Shown piece after piece: positions 17,483 through 25,885 of a stretch of DNA of 56,382 nucleotides. Position 1 is the stretch's first letter, and each line of letters starts with the position of its first letter. The translations under genes and the position numbers were made by a program. The stretch is from a virus (Duplodnaviria; Caudoviricetes), in the IMG/VR virus record IMGVR_UViG_3300049919_000129, positions 1-56,382 of that record; one strand, 5' to 3'. The notes under the pieces were generated by a model that saw only the letters and a program-made list of their open reading frames with translations, was not told where the DNA came from and searched no databases.

Positions 17483-18973
17483 ATGTATTCAAATGAAATA
17501 TTAGAATTGGCGGCTGCTTCAAAAGACACATCGATGATGATTAGACTGTCTTTGGATAAAATAAATCGGCAAAAAATCATAGAGGCCACTGCTTTTATGG
17601 ATTCGTTTTATCCGAAAATCCCACTGAAAATTCGGTGCATTGCAATCATACAATCGTATAATGAATCAAATTTTCCTAAGTGTAAAAACTGCGACTCTCC
17701 GGTTGGGTATGATAAAGAATATAATAATTCATTCAATACATTTTGCTCAGATAAATGCGCAAAGGACTACGGAAGACTACCAGATGATATACGAGGAAAG
17801 TTGAATGATCCAGATTGGTTATACCAAAAGCGGATACATGACCGAATGCCGTACCAAACAATCGCAGACGAGCTTGGGGTTTCTGATTACAAGGTAAAAT
17901 CTGCATGCATTGCGCTTGGAATTCCATTACTTCGATACAACGAATCCACCTCTGAGGTGTTGGTCAAACTACAGGATAAGGAATTTCTTGAGGCAGAGTA
18001 CAGCAAGGGTAAGACCATGCAGCAGATATCGGAAGAGATAAAATCATCGAAGGCGACGGTGCAAAAATCATTTATATTTCATGAGATTACAGTCAGACCA
18101 CCAAACTCATATGCGAGAAAAGTAAATAAAAGATCAAAGGAAGAGGTTGAATTGGAAGAGTATATCAAAAGTCTTGGTGTTGTGACCGAACATTCAAACA
18201 GAAAAATATTGAATGGGTTGGAAATCGATATCCTTTGTCCGGAGTTAAACATCGGATTTGAATATAACGGCATATACTCACATCTAGAAGAGAACGGTAA
18301 GGGAGCAAAATATCACATCACAAAGACGGAACTTGCTGCAGCAGCTGGGATAAAATTATTTCATATCTTTAGTGACGATTGGATTCTAAATAAAGATGTG
18401 ATGAAATCTGTAATATCTAGCAAATTGGGAAAGGCAATCACCACATTACACGCAAGAAAATGCAGCATTTCCTCACTTTCAGCGAACGATAAGAACCTCT
18501 TCCTAGACTCAAACCACATTCAAGGAAAGGATTCGTCTAGTATAAATTATGCGCTATCGTTTGATGGTATGCCGGTTGCAATAATGACTTTTGGGAAGTC
18601 TAGGTACAATAAATCCACAGAATGGGAACTCATTCGATTTGCGTGTAAAAAGAACACCTCGGTGGTGGGCGGATTTTCCAAGTTGTTATGCGAATTTCGT
18701 AAGAATAATTCCGGTAGCATCGTTTCTTATGCGGATCGTTCCATAAGTGATGGCGGAGTATATTCAAAAAATGGGTTTGCCTTAACTAGAGTAAACCCAC
18801 CAAACTACAAATATGTCAACCTAAACAAAGGGTTAAAGAGATTGCATAGGGCAGCGTTCATGAAGGGTAAGATATCTGATGATGGGGACACTCGATCCGA
18901 GAGGGAGATAATGCTTTCTCGTGGATATAAGCGGATATGGGATTGCGGCACGCTCACCTATATTATGCAGTAA
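17483..18973 (+). CDS. Second Hef-like putative homing endonuclease
   Basis: CKNC...FCSDKC; EIDIL.P..GFEYNGIYSH; HARKC, NHIQG, ELIRFA, VVGGFSKL, SYADR, RIWDCG. Confidence 0.75.
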   Translation: MYSNEILELAAASKDTSMMIRLSLDKINRQKIIEATAFMDSFYPKIPLKIRCIAIIQSYNESNFPKCKNCDSPVGYDKEYNNSFNTFCSDKCAKDYGRLPDDIRGKLNDPDWLYQKRIHDRMPYQTIADELGVSDYKVKSACIALGIPLLRYNESTSEVLVKLQDKEFLEAEYSKGKTMQQISEEIKSSKATVQKSFIFHEITVRPPNSYARKVNKRSKEEVELEEYIKSLGVVTEHSNRKILNGLEIDILCPELNIGFEYNGIYSHLEENGKGAKYHITKTELAAAAGIKLFHIFSDDWILNKDVMKSVISSKLGKAITTLHARKCSISSLSANDKNLFLDSNHIQGKDSSSINYALSFDGMPVAIMTFGKSRYNKSTEWELIRFACKKNTSVVGGFSKLLCEFRKNNSGSIVSYADRSISDGGVYSKNGFALTRVNPPNYKYVNLNKGLKRLHRAAFMKGKISDDGDTRSEREIMLSRGYKRIWDCGTLTYIMQ

Positions 18974-18998
18974 AAATAAAGCCCCAATTAAGGGGCTT
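18972..18998. terminator. Bidirectional terminator between convergent genes
   Basis: AAGCCCC-AATTAA-GGGGCTT, reverse complement of the gp23 terminator. Confidence 0.8.
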
Positions 18999-19005
18999 CT
19001 TCACT

Positions 19006-19463
19006 TCACGGTTTCATACCATTCCTATCCAACCAATCGTGCCAATACCCCTTGGTTCCAATCCTAGAAGATTCCGCTTTATTAACCCCCATTTTATCTT
19101 TCCACTCCTTTGAACGCTGCTTGCTCTCTTCCACATCAAACCCCTTGTGGTCAGATGATATACCTTTGGGTCTTTTGACTGCTTGGTGACCTTCGTAGAG
19201 CCGTCTGGATGAACCTTTATTGAGTCCCCAACGGTTGGTTCGTGAGCAGTCTCAAAATCAGGGGAGTGGAGGAACGAAAACGTTCCTTCTTTTTTGTTGT
19301 GCTTGACTACGGTGTATTCATGACCAGCAGGAAGGTGCTTCTTTGCATTTTCCAGATCGTCTTTTGGTAGGACGTGTTCATAATCCTTATGGACGTAATG
19401 ATCGCCACCGATCTTCTTACCTATGGTGGCAGATTCAATCAGGAATTGCTTGAATGATATCAC
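19006..19463 (-). pseudogene. Frameshifted gene for a putative internal head protein resembling the non-catalytic domain of the Dnd-associated putative methyltransferase family
   Basis: Leader MISFKQFLIE; GKKIGGDHYVH, SFLHSPDFETAHEP, PKVYH; the more plausible C-terminus (SDHKGFDVEESKQRSKEW...SRIG..GYW) lies in the -1 frame and ends at 19006. Confidence 0.55.
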
Positions 19464-20131
19464 TCCTCTGGATTCCGCATCTTCATATGGACTTCCACAC
19501 CATTAGCAGACAATCCGGCAACCTTCTTGACTTCAACCTCATGCCCATGGCGCTTAGCTTCACCTTCGATATAATTCTTTAATTCGTCGCCATCGAAGCC
19601 TTTTTGGTAAACGTGCTGGCTTCCTTTTTTAACCCAAACCGCTTTATCCTCATCTGCAGGTTTCGTGTTCTTGGCAGTGTCGATATCGCCTTTAAACTTC
19701 CTAGTGCCGATATGTGCAACACCACCTTCTTTCATCGAAGAGAAGATATGTCTGGTGATGTGGTCTCTGATATGCGGCTCAACTACGTTCAGAACGTTAT
19801 GACAAACGACTGCATGATAATGATCCTTTGGCACCTCTTCCGACTTTGTGAAGGTCGGCTTTTCTTTTCTGCGGTCTGCAAATGGCTCGTAATCATGAAC
19901 AGCGTGTTTACTTGTATCACCACCAAGACCAGCCTTTAGCCCATGGGTAGTCTGCTCTAGACCGGCCCCATAGTTCAATACTCTTCCATCGACTGGAATC
20001 TGTTGTTTTAGCCTCTCGCCAGATTTCTTGTATGTTCCTGCGGTGGTTGCCACCTGAGTGGTACCAGAACCAGCTTGATGTTCGATCTTGTGTACGATGG
20101 ATTCTAGGATAAAATCTTTAAGGGTTTTCAT
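19460..20131 (-). CDS. Class I SAM-dependent methyltransferase-like protein with capsid-targeting-like leader
   Basis: MKTLKDFILE leader; VLNYGAG (motif I), VVCHNVLNVV, YQKGF...ELKNYI. Confidence 0.7.
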   Translation of the reverse strand: MKTLKDFILESIVHKIEHQAGSGTTQVATTAGTYKKSGERLKQQIPVDGRVLNYGAGLEQTTHGLKAGLGGDTSKHAVHDYEPFADRRKEKPTFTKSEEVPKDHYHAVVCHNVLNVVEPHIRDHITRHIFSSMKEGGVAHIGTRKFKGDIDTAKNTKPADEDKAVWVKKGSQHVYQKGFDGDELKNYIEGEAKRHGHEVEVKKVAGLSANGVEVHMKMRNPEE

Positions 20132-20160
20132 TGGTTGGTTCCTGATTGCATGCGATATAG

Positions 20161-20168
20161 TATTTATC
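20161..20168 (-). promoter_or_regulatory. Late promoter GATAAATA (minus strand)
   Basis: TATTTATC on plus strand, 30 nt upstream of the 20131 start. Confidence 0.75.
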
Positions 20169-20776
20169 TATGGAGCATTCTTAGTCATTTTCATCACAGG
20201 TTTAGTGGTAGCATCTTCCATCGACCACCCAGCATGCAAACGGCTGTAAAATGTATTTCTGCTAATCCCATTATTCTCTGCTATTGTAGCTGCCATAGTA
20301 CCGTCATCCGTTCGGATATTATTGGTTCTATTTGATTGCTGTTCCTTATGTGTCAACCATCTGCAATTTGACGGAGCATAGTTGCCGAGGGTGTTTATCC
20401 GATCTAATGTCAAATTATCGGAATATCCATTAGATATTGCCCAAGCATAGAATGCAAGAAAATCGTTCTTCCATTCTTCACATACAGTAATGCCGTTTTT
20501 AATATAACTTTGGCGCTCTTTACATCTACTAATCATACCTCTCCATGAGTCTTTTATTCTTCTGCGATTCATACCATGCGGTGTTTTATTTTTCTGCGCA
20601 CACGGTAAGCATTTTGTAGGATTTTTACGTCGGAGGTAGTCTGTCCTAATAATTTTGATCGTGCCGCAAGAACAACGACACTCCCAAAAAGCAGACTTGA
20701 CATTACCAATAGCAGCTTTTTTTATAACCAACCATTCACCAAATGTCTGACCAGTTAAATCAATGCGTTTTCCCAT
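20168..20776 (-). CDS. HNH homing endonuclease
   Basis: DLTGQTFG.W, WECRCSCG, SWRGMISRC, GITVCEEW, LTLDRIN..GNY.PSNCRW; start at ATG 20776 with GGAG RBS. Confidence 0.85.
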   Translation of the reverse strand: MGKRIDLTGQTFGEWLVIKKAAIGNVKSAFWECRCSCGTIKIIRTDYLRRKNPTKCLPCAQKNKTPHGMNRRRIKDSWRGMISRCKERQSYIKNGITVCEEWKNDFLAFYAWAISNGYSDNLTLDRINTLGNYAPSNCRWLTHKEQQSNRTNNIRTDDGTMAATIAENNGISRNTFYSRLHAGWSMEDATTKPVMKMTKNAP

Positions 20777-20793
20777 ATCCACTCCAAATACGG

Positions 20794-20818
20794 AAAGTCC
20801 CCAATTAAGGGGACTTTT
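20794..20818. terminator. Terminator hairpin, third member of the CCCC-(TTAATT/AATTAA)-GGGG family
   Basis: AAAGTCCCC-AATTAA-GGGGACTTT downstream of the vWA gene. Confidence 0.7.
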
Positions 20819-20837
20819 CTTCAATAAAATTAAAACA

Positions 20838-22970
20838 TCAGACCGAGATTTCTTTTTCTTCAAGATCGGCGGTCACCGTGATATCAAATCCGTTGATATT
20901 CAATTCCATGCTGTTCTGGTCTGCAGCTAGGTCGTTGAACCAAACATGCCCGACGATGATCGCAAACTTGGTCTTGGAAAGCTCAAGGTTCAGCTTACGA
21001 ACCTTTGCAATCGCTGCATCAGCTTCCATCTTCAACCACTCCTGCTTTTCCTCTGCAGTCTTCGTAGGAGCAATCGCATTGACCGCATTGATGGAAGCAG
21101 TCATGATGGATTCACGCAGCGTCAGAGCCTTGCCAGATGCCATTTTAGCGATAACATCTTCGACCTTCGGAAGGGATGACAGCTTGGCAACAGAAATGCT
21201 CAATTGCTTGGACATATACATATCACTGGCTGCTTCCTTAGTGCTCTTCGGGCTAAACCCGTTGTAATCGGTGATGCCGATTTCCTTGAGCCAGTCCGCA
21301 GCATCTTCACCAAACAGGATACTGAAACCTTCGGAACGCTTCTCGGTAACCTCATCACGGAAATGCTTGAACACCTTTTGTGCGGCCTTCAGGCATTCAA
21401 GTTCGAATACTTTGGCAAAGGTTTCCTTGGCAGAAACATTCTTAACCATCTGGCGATTGATCACCGGAAGTTTGGCAATATTCAGATTGAATTTCTCACC
21501 GGCAATGGCACTATCAATTACACCGACAGCCTGTAACTTTGCGATGGTGATAGCGGATAGCGAGACCGGAAGAATCCGAGTATGCACGATACCATCACGA
21601 ATGATCGTATAGTTACGATATACGAAGGACGGTACGTTATTAGGAAGCTTCGGGAACTTCTTGCGTTCGTCAGGTAGAGCGACAGTGCCGTTCATTCGAG
21701 TCTGCAAGGAAGCATTTGGACGCTCGCTGTTATAAACGATGCAATTCATCTTGATGCCGGGGTTCTCTTCATTCGGCGTGAACTTTAATGAATCATCATT
21801 CCTTTTCTCGCCTGCACCAATTCTCTTGTATCCGAATGCTGGATCAAGCGGGAACAGGAGATTACCTTCGTCTTCGGAGAGGTCATTCAGAAGATCGATT
21901 ACCGTGTAGGCATCTTCCTTCGGAACAGCGTTCATATCCTTGCCTAGAGCATATCTTGCCGCAGGATCAACTGCCGCTTGCATGCACATGGTTTGGAAAT
22001 CTGAATAATCCTGCTTGGAGAATGCATTAACAAATTTGTTGACCAGTGCAACGTCACCGAGCGATGCCAGAACATCAAAAATATCGCTGGCTAGCATGCG
22101 CTGGGATAGTGTTGCGAGACCGGCATATACCAGTTGGAATGATGCTTCACTGGGGGCAACACCGCCAGTTCCAGTTGAGAAGAATGCGACAGACTCAACG
22201 GATTCAGGGACAATAACGGTGTTATTTGGTGTCACAGAATATGTTACGAGTTTACCTGCGGCGTCAATGGTGAATGCATATCCAAGCTTGGCTTGGTTCG
22301 TCAGTGCAATCGCAACCTTCTTACCACCACCAATGGTCTTGGTGAGTTCTCCCTCGAAAGTGGTCTGATAGTCAGATAGGTTTTCAGAGAAGATCAGGTT
22401 GGCACCCATAGCCTCCGCCATCTTTGTGAGAAGTGGGCGATTACAATTCCAACCAAATTCAATAATTGCCGACGCATCAACGTAAGCAGATATTTTCTCC
22501 GAAATATCCAAAACAGCTTTTTGTGTGTTTTGGTTCTCGTATCCATCCGTCATGAAAAGGACGTTGATGAGCGAGTCTGCCCGTTTGGCCTTAAGACGAC
22601 CAACGACGTTGATAACTTCACCCAGAGGCTGAACGAATCCAGTCAGACAGACTGGTTGAAGGAAGCGATCAATGGCCGCATTCAATGCAGACATGTCGGA
22701 TAGGCTGCGAATGGGAACGCCTTCCTGCAGAACACCGAATTGGTTTGTGCCAGAGAACCAAATCAGGGTGATGGTGTCATCCACGCCAACAAGAGTTGGT
22801 AGCTTGTTTTTCAGGTGGCGACGGAGTTCTGGGAGATCACTTGACATTGAGCCAGATACGTCGATGATGGCGATGTGTTCGACAGGCAGAACCACTGGGG
22901 CTGGCTTTTTTGTCGAAACGTTTTGTACGATCAAGGCAAGATTATTCTTACCTGCGAATTGAATATTCAT
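20838..22970 (-). CDS. von Willebrand factor A domain protein (~710 aa)
   Basis: MIDAS motif DVSGSM, T.F, FMTDG; start at ATG 22970 with AGGA RBS. Confidence 0.8.
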   Translation of the reverse strand: MNIQFAGKNNLALIVQNVSTKKPAPVVLPVEHIAIIDVSGSMSSDLPELRRHLKNKLPTLVGVDDTITLIWFSGTNQFGVLQEGVPIRSLSDMSALNAAIDRFLQPVCLTGFVQPLGEVINVVGRLKAKRADSLINVLFMTDGYENQNTQKAVLDISEKISAYVDASAIIEFGWNCNRPLLTKMAEAMGANLIFSENLSDYQTTFEGELTKTIGGGKKVAIALTNQAKLGYAFTIDAAGKLVTYSVTPNNTVIVPESVESVAFFSTGTGGVAPSEASFQLVYAGLATLSQRMLASDIFDVLASLGDVALVNKFVNAFSKQDYSDFQTMCMQAAVDPAARYALGKDMNAVPKEDAYTVIDLLNDLSEDEGNLLFPLDPAFGYKRIGAGEKRNDDSLKFTPNEENPGIKMNCIVYNSERPNASLQTRMNGTVALPDERKKFPKLPNNVPSFVYRNYTIIRDGIVHTRILPVSLSAITIAKLQAVGVIDSAIAGEKFNLNIAKLPVINRQMVKNVSAKETFAKVFELECLKAAQKVFKHFRDEVTEKRSEGFSILFGEDAADWLKEIGITDYNGFSPKSTKEAASDMYMSKQLSISVAKLSSLPKVEDVIAKMASGKALTLRESIMTASINAVNAIAPTKTAEEKQEWLKMEADAAIAKVRKLNLELSKTKFAIIVGHVWFNDLAADQNSMELNINGFDITVTADLEEKEISV

Positions 22971-23006
22971 TTGAATTCCTATAACGAGTTTATAAAACAA
23001 CACAAA

Positions 23007-23035
23007 AGTGTACCATAGGTTAACTTAAATGTCAA
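23007..23035 (-). promoter_or_regulatory. sigma70-type promoter for vWA gene
   Basis: TTGACA-N17-TACACT on minus strand. Confidence 0.7.
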
Positions 23036-23273
23036 TCTCCTTTAGCATATTTTCCATCTTTGTTGTTTCCTGCTCCCTAGATGAATTTTCGAGCATCAAC
23101 ATCAAGGCTGCATTTTTTCTAGAGAGGTCTAAACAAACCTCAACTGTAGATTCATACTTGACTACCAGCTTCTTGTATGCATCATACAATTCGGATGCAC
23201 TGTAGAATCCGGCTTCTAATGCCTCTGACATTTCTGCTTGATAAAGCTCGATCATTTCCTTTTCTGATATCAT
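23025..23273 (-). CDS. Hypothetical protein
   Basis: 82-aa ORF with RBS in minus-strand cluster. Confidence 0.6.
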   Translation of the reverse strand: MISEKEMIELYQAEMSEALEAGFYSASELYDAYKKLVVKYESTVEVCLDLSRKNAALMLMLENSSREQETTKMENMLKEIDI

Positions 23274-23282
23274 AATTTCCTT

Positions 23283-23669
23283 TCAATATTCGATTGTTCC
23301 GTGGCGATCAAAAGTCGATACCCCACGAAGTTTTGCGTTGATATAAAATACCTTTTTTTCTAAGTATCGACCAGCCTTTATGTCGTCGCGTGTAACGAAG
23401 TCGTTTGACTCCCAAACACAATACTTTGCATATGATTTTTTCAGATCGGTTATTTCTGCTTCTGGCATGGTATAGGTAAAGTCTTTACGATCTCTCTTTT
23501 CTTCAAATTCAACATGCATGTGATATTGAGCAAAAGGCTGTTTTACCAGTGATCCTTCTACGAGCGTGGCATCAATATCCATCCAATCCCCAACAAAACC
23601 GTTCCATAGAACGATATCTGGATTGCCTTCGAGCGACTGAAGCAGTTCAATGAGTTTATTCTTTTTCAT
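23283..23669 (-). CDS. Hypothetical phage protein
   Basis: 128-aa ORF, GNPDIVLWNGFVGDWMDI. Confidence 0.65.
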   Translation of the reverse strand: MKKNKLIELLQSLEGNPDIVLWNGFVGDWMDIDATLVEGSLVKQPFAQYHMHVEFEEKRDRKDFTYTMPEAEITDLKKSYAKYCVWESNDFVTRDDIKAGRYLEKKVFYINAKLRGVSTFDRHGTIEY

Positions 23670-24063
23670 TACATAGCTCCTGTGGGATTTCGATTTCTTC
23701 CCCTAGTTTAGCACAACAATAGCATCGCATGGCTGAGATAAGGTTCGTCTTTCCATTGCCTTTGTAGGTAGTAACTCCTCCATCAGTGAAGCGCAGTATA
23801 AAGGCATCATACGCATCTGGAACTCCAATCCCCCAACACGATATACTGATCTTCTCTCGATCAATGATCGGGCCACTCAAAGCCCAATTTGCACCAAAAT
23901 CCAAATCAAACAAATAAACCGGCCTTGGTTGGATTTTTGGTGGAGTCATGATGAGTTCATTGTCCCACGCATGCGGATTGACTCGCAAGTCTGAGTACCC
24001 TTCACAGGTTGCCACAGCCCAATCGAGAACACGCCCAACCAAGTCTGATGTTTTGATTTTCAT
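23656..24063 (-). CDS. NinX/DUF2591-like phage protein
   Basis: LDWAVA, W..SGPII.RE.I, LISAMRC motifs. Confidence 0.7.
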   Translation of the reverse strand: MKIKTSDLVGRVLDWAVATCEGYSDLRVNPHAWDNELIMTPPKIQPRPVYLFDLDFGANWALSGPIIDREKISISCWGIGVPDAYDAFILRFTDGGVTTYKGNGKTNLISAMRCYCCAKLGEEIEIPQELCNEKE

Positions 24064-24073
24064 GATTACCCTT

Positions 24074-24253
24074 TCAATACGCTGTTTTAATATCAGCCCT
24101 TAACATCACAAATCCGATGGATACCTTGCAATTATAACTGCCGTCTTCAGTATCGTCTGCACATAAAGAAGCATACTTAGCCTCAGCTTCTTCCCATGAT
24201 TCAAAGTAATCAACGGAAGGATAATACGGATTGTTTCTTGTCACGACGTACAT
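24074..24253 (-). CDS. Hypothetical protein
   Basis: AAGGAG RBS before ATG 24253. Confidence 0.55.
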   Translation of the reverse strand: MYVVTRNNPYYPSVDYFESWEEAEAKYASLCADDTEDGSYNCKVSIGFVMLRADIKTAY

Positions 24254-24263
24254 GATTCTCTCC

Positions 24264-24452
24264 TTAAATCCAATACTTCCAGTTGCTAGGTTGCTGACGA
24301 TTCCAATCATTGATCAATCTCATCTTCACGAGTTCCACTCCGCGAGGAGGATACCCCATCAGATCACCAAACACAGGATCATGTGAAGCGTTGAAAGTGC
24401 CTACTGATGTTATGCCAGTCACCAGATGCAGTCTGTTGAATGTATGTTCCAT
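24264..24452 (-). CDS. Hypothetical protein
   Basis: First gene after a sigma70 promoter; AAGGA RBS. Confidence 0.55.
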   Translation of the reverse strand: MEHTFNRLHLVTGITSVGTFNASHDPVFGDLMGYPPRGVELVKMRLINDWNRQQPSNWKYWI

Positions 24453-24484
24453 ACTGTCATTCCTTGTTTCGTTTCGATGACTGA

Positions 24485-24513
24485 ATTCTACATACAACCA
24501 CGGGTCAGGTCAA
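24485..24513 (-). promoter_or_regulatory. sigma70-type early promoter
   Basis: TTGACC-N17-TAGAAT on minus strand. Confidence 0.7.
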
Positions 24514-24541
24514 ATGATACGGTAACTTGATGTTTCAAAAG

Positions 24542-24549
24542 GATAAATA
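24542..24549 (+). promoter_or_regulatory. Late promoter GATAAATA
   Basis: Upstream of 24575. Confidence 0.75.
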
Positions 24550-24574
24550 CTAGAACAACAAATAAGGAAAACAC

Positions 24575-24964
24575 ATGACAATCATGGATATCATCAAGAT
24601 TCTATCAGAAAACATAGGATTACTCAACAACTTTCTTCTGATAGCGTTCTTTGCCACCTTTGCACACCTATTCATGAAGGAGAGTAAGAACGACAAGTCT
24701 CCTTTGTTATGGACAGACATGCTATTGGATTCCAAGACGAACAAGTTGTCGATATCAAAGCTCGGACAATTTTGGGGCATAAGTATCAGTTCATGGGTCG
24801 CAATCTACATGGCACAAAAACTTACACCAGATCAAATCGCAAGTATGTATCCATGGATTTTTGGAACATGGTTGGCTTTCCTAGTATCCAATTCTGGAAT
24901 CAAGGCATTCACCGCCATTAAACGAGACGCAAAAGAAGAGACTAAGGAAGAGGATTCGAAATGA
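24575..24964 (+). CDS. Small membrane protein, candidate holin
   Basis: Three hydrophobic segments, charged C-tail, late promoter. Confidence 0.45.
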   Translation: MTIMDIIKILSENIGLLNNFLLIAFFATFAHLFMKESKNDKSPLLWTDMLLDSKTNKLSISKLGQFWGISISSWVAIYMAQKLTPDQIASMYPWIFGTWLAFLVSNSGIKAFTAIKRDAKEETKEEDSK

Positions 24965-25386
24965 GTAACTTAAAAGAACTTATTGAGGCTCAACTCGTAG
25001 AGGCATTGCAACCTCTTAGTATGACAAAAGAGAATTTCGCCAATAAATACCACGAATTAAAAAGATCAACCACTTTGAAGTCACTCGATATAGCAGATGA
25101 TCTTCAAAGCCACGCAGAAAGAGAGCACGGTAAAGAATTCGCCAATGATCTTTATACACATGAACATCGTGTAAATATGGGCGGTAAGGACGAATATCAT
25201 CATCCAGAACTTGTTGCATGGAGAAAAAAGCATAATATCGTTATGCCATATTACGAAAAGAAGTATGGTGCATCAGTGACGACGCCACTTGCATCACAAC
25301 CGAAACCTAAATCCATAGTAGATAAATACGCGGATAAATCGAATTCTCCCCTAGCTACAATTATTAGAGCGTTTAGAGGTAAGTAA
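24961..25386 (+). CDS. Hypothetical protein, candidate internal head protein
   Basis: Leader MSNLKELIEAQLVE; His/Lys-rich; late operon. Confidence 0.5.
   Translation: MSNLKELIEAQLVEALQPLSMTKENFANKYHELKRSTTLKSLDIADDLQSHAEREHGKEFANDLYTHEHRVNMGGKDEYHHPELVAWRKKHNIVMPYYEKKYGASVTTPLASQPKPKSIVDKYADKSNSPLATIIRAFRGK
25321..25328 (+). promoter_or_regulatory. Possible internal late promoter for gp3
   Basis: GATAAATA about 60 nt upstream of gp3. Confidence 0.45.
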
Positions 25387-25877
25387 TGCCATGCGATAAC
25401 GAAACCGGTTCTGTCTTTATGGCAGACGGAAGTGAGGTGTCTTATGATGGACTACCGTCAATCTCATTCCAGTGTAGCTTTAGCAAGCTTCCCAATACAA
25501 TGTTTTTTCTCCAAAGATGGAATGTACCAGGGGTTTCTGTTGGTAAGGTCACTAGACCAACACCATTCCTTGACATAGATGAAATCGGCGAAAAGATGAT
25601 ATTTGAGCAGTTCACCATAGAATTTTTGATCGATAAACAGCTCAAGAATTACAAGGAAATATTTGATTGGATGAAGAGAATCACGGTAAACGCATCTCAG
25701 AGAGATGAGGTAGGTGATGCTAGTATCATTATAGCAGGATCAAAGATGGTTAGATTCATCGATGTCTGGCCTGCTTCCCTAAGTGGGATGGAATTCAGCA
25801 CAAACGCGACTAATGTCGATTACCTAAAATGCACTGCCACGTTTAATTACGACTGGTATGAATTTACAAATGTTTAA
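25386..25877 (+). CDS. 3: Tail completion/tube terminator gp3
   Basis: FF.Q..NVPGVS, FLID..LKNYKEIFDW, F.D.WP.SLSG.EF, ATF.Y motifs; synteny before uvsY. Confidence 0.85.
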   Translation: MPCDNETGSVFMADGSEVSYDGLPSISFQCSFSKLPNTMFFLQRWNVPGVSVGKVTRPTPFLDIDEIGEKMIFEQFTIEFLIDKQLKNYKEIFDWMKRITVNASQRDEVGDASIIIAGSKMVRFIDVWPASLSGMEFSTNATNVDYLKCTATFNYDWYEFTNV

Positions 25878-25885
25878 GGAATATT

